Assembly (NCBI GenBank): GCA_003697105.1
Contig: RFFQ01000136.1
Coordinates: 1 to 38,226, forward strand
Reading direction: 5' to 3'
Origin: Gemmatimonadota bacterium
GTDB taxonomy: Bacteria; 4572-55; J002
Length of the DNA stretch: 38,226 bases
Positions 17,020 to 26,586 of the stretch are shown one piece after another. Under the pieces are notes generated by a model that saw only the letters and a list, made by a program, of their open reading frames with translations, did not search any database and was not told where the DNA came from. The position numbers and the translations under genes were made by a program. Each line of letters starts with the position of its first letter. The first letter of the stretch is position 1.

Positions 17020-18788
17020 CCGATTTGTACTCCTTCTGAAGGATATTGGTAGGTTTCAATAACATGTTTTTGTCCGATAGCCAGCGCCAGGGTAAATGGG
17101 CCCACCCGCCCCAAAAACATCGTCAGCGTGATCAACAATTTTCCAAAGGTACTTAACTGTGCCGTGATACCGGTACTTAAGCCGACGGTTCCCACGGCGG
17201 AAACCGTCTCAAACATCAGTTGGATGGGGCGAATGTGGTGTTCGGTGACCGTCAGCAGGAACGAGACAGACATCACAATGGCGAGATACATGGTGATCAC
17301 TACCAATGCCTGATATAGAACGGTGCTGGGGATCGTCCGCCGGAACAGTTCTAAGCGGGTTTTGCCTTGCGAGGCAGAAATCACCGTTGCGATCAAAATG
17401 CCAATGGTGGTCACTTTGATTCCGCCGGCAGTTGAACCCGGTGCCCCGCCAATAAACATCAACATCATGCCCAATACGAGTGTGGAATCGTGTAAATGGG
17501 CAAAATCAACCGTATTAAATCCAGCCGTCCGAAAGGTGACCGATTGAAAGACGGAGGCTATTATTTTCTCGCCAGTGGAAAGATTTGCCAAGGAGTAATG
17601 ATACTCCAATGCAAAAAAGAGACACGCACCCGAGACCAACAGGATGGCGGAAATGAGCAAGACCAAGCGGGTTTGCACCTTCAATTGGGGGGTCGTGTAG
17701 GACGGTGAACGAAAGAACACTTCACCCAAATTGCGTAACGTACCAAACCCCAACCCCCCGGTAATAATTAACAGGCACACAACCCCGTTGACCGGCACAT
17801 GCGAAACCGTGGACATCAAGCTATCGGAAAACGTGGAAAACCCGGCATTGCAAAACGCTGAAATAGCATGGAACATCGCCACATACAGCGCTTCAGTCGG
17901 TGGTAACACCGCTACCCAACTCCAATAGAGAAAAAACGTCCCCGCCAGCTCTATCGCGAATGTGGTAAGGATGATCATCCGCAACATACTGCCTAACATC
18001 GAAAGATTTTCAACACTTATCACATCTCTGAGGAGAACCCGCTCCCGCCCACTTAGGCGAAGCCCGAAAATAAGCGTGAAAAAAGAGGTGATGGTCATAA
18101 TGCCTAACCCGCCGATCTGGATCAGCCCCAAAATAATCAACTGTCCAAAACGGGTAAACGCGGTTGCCGTATCCACCACGATTAATCCGGTGACACAGAC
18201 CGCGGAGGTTGCCGTGAAAAACGCATCTATCAAGCGAATTGAACCGGTAGTGGCTTTGGGCAACATCAATAACCCCGTACCAATTAAAATGAGCCCCCCA
18301 AAACCCGTCAACATGAATTGCGCCGGCGACACTCCGATTTGAGTAATCCGTTGGTTGAGTTTGATAAACCCAAAAATGAGATTACCCACAATGTAAAATT
18401 GAATCACCACTAGGTATAGTTTGGTCAAATATACCGGTTTGAACAGGAGATACAGTTCCGGGAAGATCGGTTTGTATAGCAACAAATCAATCATCACAAA
18501 TTGGATAACCAACAGAGCTCCTAGAACATATTTCACTAAATTTGTGCGGACATAATGCCAGCGCTGACGCCGGACGATTAACTGCACCAGCAGGTCCGTC
18601 AGGAAAATCATCCCAACCAGTACATCGATGAATTCAAGAGTGAGCCGCGTTACCGGTGATAAATAAAATCCGTAATCCAACAAGAGAGAAATGAGCGCCA
18701 CCAATGCCGCTAAAATAAGCACCTGACGCGAAATACGGATGGTGCGCTCTTCAATATGGGCGGGAATAACTGAGTTTAAGGGGATCAT
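17016..18788 (-). CDS. ktrB: Ktr/TrkH potassium uptake membrane subunit with ~150 aa N-terminal membrane extension
   Basis: Four pore motifs SAVCVTGL, SAFCNAGF, TFRTAGF, SAVGTVGL; MFIGGAPGSTAGGIK; MFLGRVGP. Confidence 0.92.
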   Translation of the reverse strand: MIPLNSVIPAHIEERTIRISRQVLILAALVALISLLLDYGFYLSPVTRLTLEFIDVLVGMIFLTDLLVQLIVRRQRWHYVRTNLVKYVLGALLVIQFVMIDLLLYKPIFPELYLLFKPVYLTKLYLVVIQFYIVGNLIFGFIKLNQRITQIGVSPAQFMLTGFGGLILIGTGLLMLPKATTGSIRLIDAFFTATSAVCVTGLIVVDTATAFTRFGQLIILGLIQIGGLGIMTITSFFTLIFGLRLSGRERVLLRDVISVENLSMLGSMLRMIILTTFAIELAGTFFLYWSWVAVLPPTEALYVAMFHAISAFCNAGFSTFSDSLMSTVSHVPVNGVVCLLIITGGLGFGTLRNLGEVFFRSPSYTTPQLKVQTRLVLLISAILLVSGACLFFALEYHYSLANLSTGEKIIASVFQSVTFRTAGFNTVDFAHLHDSTLVLGMMLMFIGGAPGSTAGGIKVTTIGILIATVISASQGKTRLELFRRTIPSTVLYQALVVITMYLAIVMSVSFLLTVTEHHIRPIQLMFETVSAVGTVGLSTGITAQLSTFGKLLITLTMFLGRVGPFTLALAIGQKHVIETYQYPSEGVQIG

Positions 18789-19735
18789 AGCGTCGAGGCA
18801 GGGATTTGACTTTTAACAACCGTCCCATCCGCCGTGCCGAAGATGAGAAAATCAGCACCATCCACTGCTAAAGCGGTGATATGCGGTTCATTACTGGATT
18901 CTCCGGTGCTAATCTCCGACCACGTCGTACCCTCATCATGGGAGATACGTAAACCTGTTGTACCCCCGGCAACAATACGGTGCGAATCGAGCACCAAAAA
19001 CGCATAGACGGCAATTCCGGCATGGACATGCTCCCACGTATCTCCCCCATCCGAGGAGCGATGGATACCTTGTGAAGAGCCGGCTAAAACGATGCCGGTC
19101 GCCGGGGAACAAAAGGCATTCGCCTCAATATGTGTCAAATATGTCCAGCCAGTACAAACCCCCTCCGTACAATCATTTCCTGAACGAAAAATACCATGAC
19201 CGGGGGAACTGAACAGCACTTGATTTTGCGAATTAATCCACATCGCACGCACCGAAATATCGCTTAACCCGATAGGAGCGGCAGGCACCCATGTATAACC
19301 CGTATCGGTACTCTGAAAAATATCCCCGCTCGCCGTACCAGCCAGCAGATGTCCGGCAGAATTAAGCACCAACGCCGTCACCGCCGTAAATTGAGCAGAA
19401 CCTGCCTCCCGCCACGTCTTATACGGCGGCACCGCCGCATATAAACCCGTCTGCGTACCCACAAACAGGTCCGGACCCGGTATCTGCATCACCGCACGAA
19501 CATCCCACAGCGAATCTCCCCAAACCTCCCATGCCGGAGCCTCTGGGTGATAAAAAAGACCTTCCGCGGTACCAACCAGTAATGCCCCATCATTCAAGAT
19601 GGTCAACGTCTGTACCGGCGGTAGTTCGGTGGTAAGCGGTTCCCATAAACGGGATTCGTCACGGGCATCACAGCCCGTGAGTAGCCCCAGTATCACACAT
19701 AGCCGGATCAAGACATCACATCGTATTCGCCTCAT
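18785..19735 (-). CDS. BNR/Asp-box beta-propeller lipoprotein
   Basis: Lipobox LLTG-C; Asp-box repeats STDTGYTW, SSDGGDTW, SHDEGTTW. Start moved from 19753 to ATG 19735, which has an AGGAG RBS. Confidence 0.8.
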   Translation of the reverse strand: MRRIRCDVLIRLCVILGLLTGCDARDESRLWEPLTTELPPVQTLTILNDGALLVGTAEGLFYHPEAPAWEVWGDSLWDVRAVMQIPGPDLFVGTQTGLYAAVPPYKTWREAGSAQFTAVTALVLNSAGHLLAGTASGDIFQSTDTGYTWVPAAPIGLSDISVRAMWINSQNQVLFSSPGHGIFRSGNDCTEGVCTGWTYLTHIEANAFCSPATGIVLAGSSQGIHRSSDGGDTWEHVHAGIAVYAFLVLDSHRIVAGGTTGLRISHDEGTTWSEISTGESSNEPHITALAVDGADFLIFGTADGTVVKSQIPASTL

Positions 19736-19745
19736 ATAACAGCTC

Positions 19746-22019
19746 CTATTCAATTTTAATCACGACGACGGTCACATCATCAAAGGGATCGGTATCCCCG
19801 ATGAAAGCTTCCACATCATCCAAAATATACTGCAATATGTCATCCGCGGTAGCGGAGGCATCATGGGTTTCTAAGAGGGAGATAAGACGGTGAATCGAAT
19901 AAGGTTCCCGTTGAGGATTCATGGCATCCTCTAGCCCGTCGGTAGTGAGAACAATCACATCCCCAGCCTTTAGGGTAAACGTTGTCTGATCATAATCGCG
20001 GGTTTTCAAGTTGCTGAAGGGCAGGCGAAATTGGGTAGCGGGAAGTTCCTGACAGACACCATCGCGGATGAGCAAGGGATACGGTACACCGGCAAGGGCA
20101 TAAGTCAACTGATGATCATTTGTATCAACCAAAAAATAACCCGCCGCCACAAACATCCCCTTTTGCAAATCGGGCGCAATCCAGCGACGGGTTGCATTCA
20201 CCACATCCACCGGAATCATTTTTTCGGAAGCTTGTGCCCGGAACACACTGCGGGTAGTCGCCATGATCAAGGCGCCGGGGATTCCTTTTCCGGCAACATC
20301 GCCAATAATCACCCCCAGCCGCTGGGTATTGTCGGAAAAGGTCACAAAGTCATAAAAATCACCCCCGACTTGGGTCGCGGCAATAGACGCCCCTGCCACC
20401 TGACATCCGGCAATGTGAGGGCTATGCGAGGGTAGAAGCCCTACTTGAATTTGATGGGCAATTTCCAGTTCCTGTTGCAAACGCATCTGTACTGCCACTT
20501 CCGCATGAAGACGAGCATATCCTAAAGCCAGCGCCGCCTGACGTCCCAGTTGGTGCAACAAGTCAAGATCATCCGCAATAAAATTTCGACCCTGATGAGT
20601 AGCACCTAAGTTGAGCATTCCCACCACGTTGGAATTGGCGATCAAGGGTACGCAAAGCGTTATATCCTGGGGGCGGAGGTGCTTCACTTCCTCAGGATGC
20701 ACACCGCAAAAATTAAGTTTGCGTAATTCCACGATCCGCGTGGGATAATCAACATCAATTAACCAATTGATAAACGCCTCATTGGGTTGGAAAAACGCCC
20801 CATCATCACTCACAAATTCCCGCGAATAGGGGCTCCGTAACCACAACCGCACATGCGACAGTTGCAACGCTTGGCGGAGTTGATCCACTAACATCGCTTG
20901 GAGGGTATCGATTTCAATGGCGCCCTGTAATTTTTCCGTCAATTGAGCAATCGCCTGCTGGTAGGCGATCCGGTGACGGTAGATCGTCCGATTGACCAGA
21001 TTTTGTGCCTCTTGGCGTAAAGGATTAAATAGATAGACCAATATCACCGTGGTAATAATTGGTACCAGTTCGTGATCCGAGCCGGTAAAACGGGTAACTA
21101 GCCACGCCATGCTGGTGGAAATTCCCAAAAAGAGCAAGATGATCAGTCCGGTCAGAACGCCATACACCAAACTGCGCTTGATGATCAAATCCACATCCAT
21201 CAAGCGGTATTTGAAAATGGCAAACGCAAACGAAACCGGCAATGCCACCATGCCCAAATAACCGATGTTCCAAATCGGGTCCAAATCAAAGAAAAGGTCC
21301 ATCAAAAACAGCAGACCACTGGTACCAAAACCGATTCCTGCCCCCCACATCACCCAGCGGAGTTGGCTGCGGATTTCCATATCCGGTTGGCGCTTATAAT
21401 TCCACGCAATAAAATAAATACCCGACCAAATCCCCAGTCCGGTCAAAATCCAGATTACCCAACCGGTGACATACGTGTGCCAATAGTAACTTGAGCCAAA
21501 GACAGACCCCAAAATCTGGGTATCAAAAATAGCATTACTGCCTAAAATAATCGTCACCCCAACAAACAGGGCATCGATTATCCCCAAACCGGTTAAGATG
21601 CGTTTAGCGTTTTTGAGATAGGCTGGGGTGATGGGAGGAGACGGAAATCGATAAAACAACACGGCAAACAGAAAGGCAGATAGCACCAACCCCACCCGTT
21701 GTATCACGTAGATATAAAATTGCCATAGCGGTGGGTGTGCCGTAAACGGGAGCGGAAAGATAATCACCGGCAAATGAAAGAGAGAAAACACAAAGCAGAA
21801 GAGAAAAAAAAGCCGTGAAGCGTTTTCATCTGGACGGAACCATAGGACAAGCGTACCGATGCAGAACGTCATCACCGCCACCGTGGTAAAACTACTCCGG
21901 ATCAACGTTTGTCCAATGGATGATACTTCCACGACACTGTAAATCCCAACCCCCGTATACACCGTGAAGAGGGTGATTATCGTGATCAGAATCAACCGTA
22001 TGGGATGAAAAACGTTCAT
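19746..22019 (-). CDS. Multi-TM sensor + GAF + SpoIIE/RsbU-type PP2C phosphatase
   Basis: Hydrophobic N-terminal half; GAF (LCVPL, GMLNLG, DLDLLHQL); PP2C motifs VGGDFYD, IGDVAGKG, TDGL, DDVT intact. Confidence 0.92.
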   Translation of the reverse strand: MNVFHPIRLILITIITLFTVYTGVGIYSVVEVSSIGQTLIRSSFTTVAVMTFCIGTLVLWFRPDENASRLFFLFCFVFSLFHLPVIIFPLPFTAHPPLWQFYIYVIQRVGLVLSAFLFAVLFYRFPSPPITPAYLKNAKRILTGLGIIDALFVGVTIILGSNAIFDTQILGSVFGSSYYWHTYVTGWVIWILTGLGIWSGIYFIAWNYKRQPDMEIRSQLRWVMWGAGIGFGTSGLLFLMDLFFDLDPIWNIGYLGMVALPVSFAFAIFKYRLMDVDLIIKRSLVYGVLTGLIILLFLGISTSMAWLVTRFTGSDHELVPIITTVILVYLFNPLRQEAQNLVNRTIYRHRIAYQQAIAQLTEKLQGAIEIDTLQAMLVDQLRQALQLSHVRLWLRSPYSREFVSDDGAFFQPNEAFINWLIDVDYPTRIVELRKLNFCGVHPEEVKHLRPQDITLCVPLIANSNVVGMLNLGATHQGRNFIADDLDLLHQLGRQAALALGYARLHAEVAVQMRLQQELEIAHQIQVGLLPSHSPHIAGCQVAGASIAATQVGGDFYDFVTFSDNTQRLGVIIGDVAGKGIPGALIMATTRSVFRAQASEKMIPVDVVNATRRWIAPDLQKGMFVAAGYFLVDTNDHQLTYALAGVPYPLLIRDGVCQELPATQFRLPFSNLKTRDYDQTTFTLKAGDVIVLTTDGLEDAMNPQREPYSIHRLISLLETHDASATADDILQYILDDVEAFIGDTDPFDDVTVVVIKIE

Positions 22020-22104
22020 AACGTGGTATCCAAATGGAGTATATAATCGGAATGCCGAAACTTATGATAAAATGGTGGTAGATTCAACCTTTTTTTGGCG
22101 GCAT

Positions 22105-22134
22105 AAAAAAACCGCGAATCGGCAGATTCACGGT
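22105..22134 (-). terminator. Rho-independent terminator after the hybrid kinase
   Basis: ACCGTGAATC-TGCC-GATTCGCGGT followed by a T-run on the minus strand (10 bp stem, one G:U). Confidence 0.85.
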
Positions 22135-22158
22135 AACATCGTCGGATGAAATACAGCG

Positions 22159-23265
22159 TCAATCCATTTTCCGCCGGAGCCAGATGGTGACACAGGTTTG
22201 ACCTTCTGCGGGGTTGGAAATCTGCAATTTGCCCTCGTGCAATTCAAGCAACCGCTTGGCAATAGTTAAACCTAAACCAGAGCCTTGTTGTTCGTGCTGA
22301 CCTCGTTTGAATTGCATGAATGCTCCAATGTTGGCAATCTGATCCGGTGTCATACCCACACCTTGATTTGTGATTTGGCAGATGTACCACTCGTCTTCCA
22401 ACCACGACTGAATGATCACGTTTGTACCCTCACTGGAAAAATCAAAGGCATTTTTGACCAGTTCTTCCATGACTTTAGTCATACCTTCTTCACTGATCAT
22501 CACCCCACCATTGACCAGTCGGAGTTCCAAATCATGGGGGCGCTTAAATTGGGTGGCTTTCCGCTGAGCGATATATTGAATAATTGTTGCCGCATTGGAA
22601 ACACTCAATTTACAGAGTTCCCGGCGCTTTTCCGGGTCACTAAACATCAATTCCACTTTGGCATATAACTCATAATTTTGGATTAAGCGATACAGCCGTT
22701 GCGCACCCTTGCGGATCATCCCTGCAACTTTTTTGACCTTTTGATCATCTTCTGGGTTCTGCAATTCTCCGGCTAATAAAAAATCGGTTCCGGTAATGAT
22801 TGCCGTCAAAGGAGTGCGTAATTCATGGGGGAGGGCATAGCCAATATTATCGCGCAGGGTTTTTAATTTTTTTTCATTCAAGATATTTAGCGCTTCTTGC
22901 TTTTGGAACCGGGCATGTATCGATTGCAACAATTCCTTGAAACGAAAGGGTTTTGTCAGATAATCATCTCCGCCCATACTCATTCCCTTGCGAATATCCG
23001 CTTTGCTATCTTTGGCGGTCAGAAAAATAAAGGGAATTGCCGCCGTAACAACATTCCGGCGGAGATAATCCCGAAACTTGTAACCGTTCATTTTCGGCAT
23101 CATCACATCACAGATAACCAAATCCGGTAACTGTCGATTGACATATTCAATTGCCTCATCACCATCACAAGCCGTAATGACCTCAAAACCTTCTCGCTCA
23201 AGCCCCTTGCGCAACACTTCCCGGATGGTGGCATCATCATCAACAACAAGAATCGATTTCGACAT
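22159..23265 (-). CDS. Cytoplasmic hybrid receiver-histidine kinase
   Basis: ILVVDDD, ICDVMMP, DDYLTKPF; H-box PHELRTPL; ELVKNA; GSGLGL. Confidence 0.92.
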   Translation of the reverse strand: MSKSILVVDDDATIREVLRKGLEREGFEVITACDGDEAIEYVNRQLPDLVICDVMMPKMNGYKFRDYLRRNVVTAAIPFIFLTAKDSKADIRKGMSMGGDDYLTKPFRFKELLQSIHARFQKQEALNILNEKKLKTLRDNIGYALPHELRTPLTAIITGTDFLLAGELQNPEDDQKVKKVAGMIRKGAQRLYRLIQNYELYAKVELMFSDPEKRRELCKLSVSNAATIIQYIAQRKATQFKRPHDLELRLVNGGVMISEEGMTKVMEELVKNAFDFSSEGTNVIIQSWLEDEWYICQITNQGVGMTPDQIANIGAFMQFKRGQHEQQGSGLGLTIAKRLLELHEGKLQISNPAEGQTCVTIWLRRKMD

Positions 23266-23273
23266 AGCGCCTC

Positions 23274-24017
23274 TTACTCAACTTGGGTGACCGTATAAGA
23301 CGCAACGGCTTCAAATGATTTTCCATTCACCAAATCATCCAGTGAATAGCGCCAATGTGCCATATTCCCGAAAACCTCACTGGCGTTACCCCCCTGAATT
23401 TTGTGCGGTAAAATCAAATCAAAAGAATATTCAAACCCATCCATCATCTGGATCACCATCTGTCGAAGGGTTTCGTGCATCTGCTGGTTGGTTGGAGACA
23501 GACCGGAATCCGGTGTGGCATGGCTCAGGCGGTCATTGCCAAACCGTACCTGTTCGCGGTAAGTAAACGTTTGCCCGGCGTGTTCATACATTACCTGAAA
23601 TAATGCCGGTTGGTTTTCAACCATCTCGCCGGATTCTTTATCACAGGCTTCCAAACGGGTCAAGGCGGTAATCATGGAATCAACCGTTGTAAAGGTTTGG
23701 GAAAGCGTATAAACCGCATTCTTCCCCCGGACTTCCGAAGAAAATCGCCAACCCAAATCATGATAACATTGGGAGTCCAAATTGCCTAAAATATCGGTGG
23801 TGTGTGAGTCTGGTGTCCCGGCGGAATCGTCCGCCGCCAACTGTTGTGCCATTGCTTGTAACTGGTAAACCGTCTGCTCCGGAATGATCAGTTGGATTTC
23901 CCGATAGACGGACTGATCGGGATAAATATGTGTCCGAACATGCAGTTGGTAACACCCATTGGCGATCACCAACAACCCCATCCAAAACAGGACAAATACA
24001 GAACGAATTCCCCGCAT
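23274..24017 (-). CDS. Putative lipoprotein, LppM-like
   Basis: Hydrophobic signal ending IANG-C; C-terminal LILPHKIQGGNASEVFGNMAHW resembles the LppM-like LPG.V..SNA..V.G...W pattern. Confidence 0.6.
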   Translation of the reverse strand: MRGIRSVFVLFWMGLLVIANGCYQLHVRTHIYPDQSVYREIQLIIPEQTVYQLQAMAQQLAADDSAGTPDSHTTDILGNLDSQCYHDLGWRFSSEVRGKNAVYTLSQTFTTVDSMITALTRLEACDKESGEMVENQPALFQVMYEHAGQTFTYREQVRFGNDRLSHATPDSGLSPTNQQMHETLRQMVIQMMDGFEYSFDLILPHKIQGGNASEVFGNMAHWRYSLDDLVNGKSFEAVASYTVTQVE

Positions 24018-24021
24018 AGGC

Positions 24022-24396
24022 TCACTCTGGTGATGATTTCAACTGTTTGTGGAGCGCCGCGATTAGCACCCGCCCCGAAACCGGTTTTACCAGATAATCA
24101 TCAGCGGTCAGTGCGAACCCTTTGCGGATGTCCTGACGGGTGGCTTTCGCAGTCAGAAAAATAAACGGCACCGTAGCCATCGGTTCATAGGCGCGAATTT
24201 CTCGCAAGACCGCATAGCCATCGGCGCGCGGGAGCATAATATCACAGATAATGGCATCGGGGCAATGTTCTTTTGCCATTTTGATCCCCTCTTCGCCATC
24301 CATTGCTTTCAAGACCTCAAATCCGGCAAGACGCAGTTGTTCCTCCAGCACCCGCAGGGTAAACACTGCATCTTCAATCACTAACACACGTGGCAT
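24022..24396 (-). CDS. Single-domain response regulator
   Basis: VLVIEDA, ICDIMLP, FIFLTAK, DDYLVKP. Confidence 0.92.
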   Translation of the reverse strand: MPRVLVIEDAVFTLRVLEEQLRLAGFEVLKAMDGEEGIKMAKEHCPDAIICDIMLPRADGYAVLREIRAYEPMATVPFIFLTAKATRQDIRKGFALTADDYLVKPVSGRVLIAALHKQLKSSPE

Positions 24397-24407
24397 GAGC
24401 TGACTAT

Positions 24408-26333
24408 TTACTCCATATGTTGCAACAAAAAAATCTGATCCGGTTTTACATATTCACTTTTTAAGATGGGGCGATGACCAAACCGGTTGTAGAATCCGGG
24501 ATAAATTTGGTTATAGACTTCTTGTAATGAGATGCGCCCATCATGATTTTGATCCGATTTGGCAGATTGTAAGGCGCGCAGAATCCGTGCCGTGAGCGCA
24601 CCGTGCCCGGTCGTGGGGTCTTCGCGGGAGAGTTCGCTGGCGCGGCTGGCGGCAAGGAGCGCACAATTGGGGATCGGCAAGTTCGGTTCTAAGGGGTCAA
24701 TATGCTCTGGGTCAATCTCTTCCGCCCCCGGTTTTGCCGCTCCACTGCTGTAACAGGAGTCAAAAATCAACACTTTGGGGTTCTCCTGAGGGAGCCAATC
24801 CATGATCCAACGGGCAAAATCATCATCCACAATCGCCGTTGGTACCCGCCGGTCAAAATTGGGATTCCAATCATAGGGTAAAAGTGCCTCATCAAACCCA
24901 TCTTCCTCATCGGCATCATTGGGCGAATCTGGAACACGCCCCCCATGCCCGCTAAAATAAATCACCCCCACATTTTTGGGGTCGGATTCCAATTTTTCCG
25001 CTAACCAATACGTAATAGCGGCCTGAATTTCAGAGCGGGTCGCCGCTGCATTGGTCAGCAACCGAAAATTTTCCTCAGGAATATTGCCTTGTTGGCGCAG
25101 GGTTTCATAAAGTTCGATGGCGTCCCGGTCACTGTAATCCAAATCCACAAAATTAAAACGCGCATCATCATTTTGATAATTGGCAATACCGATCAGCACA
25201 AAAAAGACGTTGGTGGTGGGGGCTTCTGCCATTAACATGGATTCAAACTGTTCGGGACCGGTGGACCAAAAGTAATACCGTTCAGAGGTCGTCCGTCCCA
25301 GGGCATCCACCACCCGAAGGTCGATCTGGTTTTTGCCGCTTTCAAATTCAAAGGCAGGCAGAAAGAGGTCATACGTACCGGTGGCAGACTGATTCAGTTG
25401 GCGTAAAATACCCGTTTTGGTCTCGGCGGGAATGATCACCTGCTGGTCATTGCGGTACACCGTAAAATCAGAGATACTATAGGGGTTTAAGATGGTAAAA
25501 TGCAGGTCGGCATACCCCCCATCGATATTTTCACAGATGCTCGGTGAGCGCAGTTCTAGGATGGGCTGCTCATTTTGGGCTTTCAACCAGTCGCGATTGC
25601 GCTCTTGCAACCGGAACAAGCGACGTTCAGCGACACAGAGCGAGGTATCTGGATAGACAACCATTTCGCCGAGCCGCTCCCGATAATTTTTCCATTGCAC
25701 CATGGCATCGTAGTCAGAACCGAGACGCTCCTGTGCCTCGGCTAATTGGAACCGGAATTTTTCCTCCTGACATTCCTGCAATGCCCAGCGATAGTGCGCA
25801 ACGGCAGAATCCCACCGGCGCAGTGCGGAAATGGCTTTACCCCGAAATTGGATGGCATCCATATCACACCGGTGGAGTTGCAACAACGTTTCTGCTGTAC
25901 GAATAACATCATGATATTGGCGCTGGGTATAATAGGTGATCATTAATTCCCGTAAGGCGGGGTAATTTTGGGGGTCGATCCGGAGGCATTCATTCAAAAG
26001 CCGGATCGCCTGCTCGTAATTGGTGGGATGGGGCGGGTCAATATATTGGGTGAGCATAAACGCATAATCTAAGTAATACTGGGGTACATACGGATTCACA
26101 CGAATCGCCTTCTCAAACTGCCGGGCGGCAATCACGTATTGCCCCGTATCGCGGTATATCACCCCGAGCAAATGATTGTAGTAATCATCATTGGGATTTT
26201 TGGCGAGTTCCCGTTGAATTTTCCGTTGCGCCGCCTGATAATGCTTTTTATGAACCAGTTCCACAACGCTGGGTGCACAACTACTCAATAGTAGAGCCAG
26301 TACCACTCCCAAAAGCAGAAATCGAACCTTCAC
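24408..26333 (-). CDS. Lipoprotein with TPR repeats and C-terminal caspase-like (peptidase C14) domain, 641 aa
   Basis: Start reassigned to GTG 26333 (GAGGT RBS), giving MKVRFLLLGVVLALLLSS-C lipobox; TPR helices; IGIANY, NAAATR, catalytic dyad YFSGHG and FDSCYS, DEALLPYD, LLAAS. Confidence 0.88.
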   Translation of the reverse strand: MKVRFLLLGVVLALLLSSCAPSVVELVHKKHYQAAQRKIQRELAKNPNDDYYNHLLGVIYRDTGQYVIAARQFEKAIRVNPYVPQYYLDYAFMLTQYIDPPHPTNYEQAIRLLNECLRIDPQNYPALRELMITYYTQRQYHDVIRTAETLLQLHRCDMDAIQFRGKAISALRRWDSAVAHYRWALQECQEEKFRFQLAEAQERLGSDYDAMVQWKNYRERLGEMVVYPDTSLCVAERRLFRLQERNRDWLKAQNEQPILELRSPSICENIDGGYADLHFTILNPYSISDFTVYRNDQQVIIPAETKTGILRQLNQSATGTYDLFLPAFEFESGKNQIDLRVVDALGRTTSERYYFWSTGPEQFESMLMAEAPTTNVFFVLIGIANYQNDDARFNFVDLDYSDRDAIELYETLRQQGNIPEENFRLLTNAAATRSEIQAAITYWLAEKLESDPKNVGVIYFSGHGGRVPDSPNDADEEDGFDEALLPYDWNPNFDRRVPTAIVDDDFARWIMDWLPQENPKVLIFDSCYSSGAAKPGAEEIDPEHIDPLEPNLPIPNCALLAASRASELSREDPTTGHGALTARILRALQSAKSDQNHDGRISLQEVYNQIYPGFYNRFGHRPILKSEYVKPDQIFLLQHME

Positions 26334-26465
26334 CGTGTGATTACCTCGCCTGAAAGAAGAAAAAAGTAGTTCGATCATAGCCGACTTTATCCGGTTCGTC
26401 AAGCAGATTTTTGCCCGCTGCAACACACGATACGCCTGTTTCCATCGCCGGTTCCGAAAATTTCC

Positions 26466-26494
26466 TTGAAATGCGCTCCGGTTTCGGTTATGAT
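26466..26494 (+). promoter_or_regulatory. Putative sigma70 promoter of glyS
   Basis: TTGAAA-17 bp-TATGAT, ~90 bp upstream of the ATG. Confidence 0.7.
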
Positions 26495-26586
26495 ACCCCC
26501 CAATGAAGACAACAAGATGATTATCGTACGGGGTCACTTGATCTCACTTTTTTAATTCTCATGATGAGGAAGGAGTTTCACAACCG

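Noticed and set aside
26334-26537. 68 aa N-terminal extension of the TPR-caspase ORF
   Set aside because: It overlaps the glyS promoter and buries the signal peptide; GTG 26333 has an RBS.
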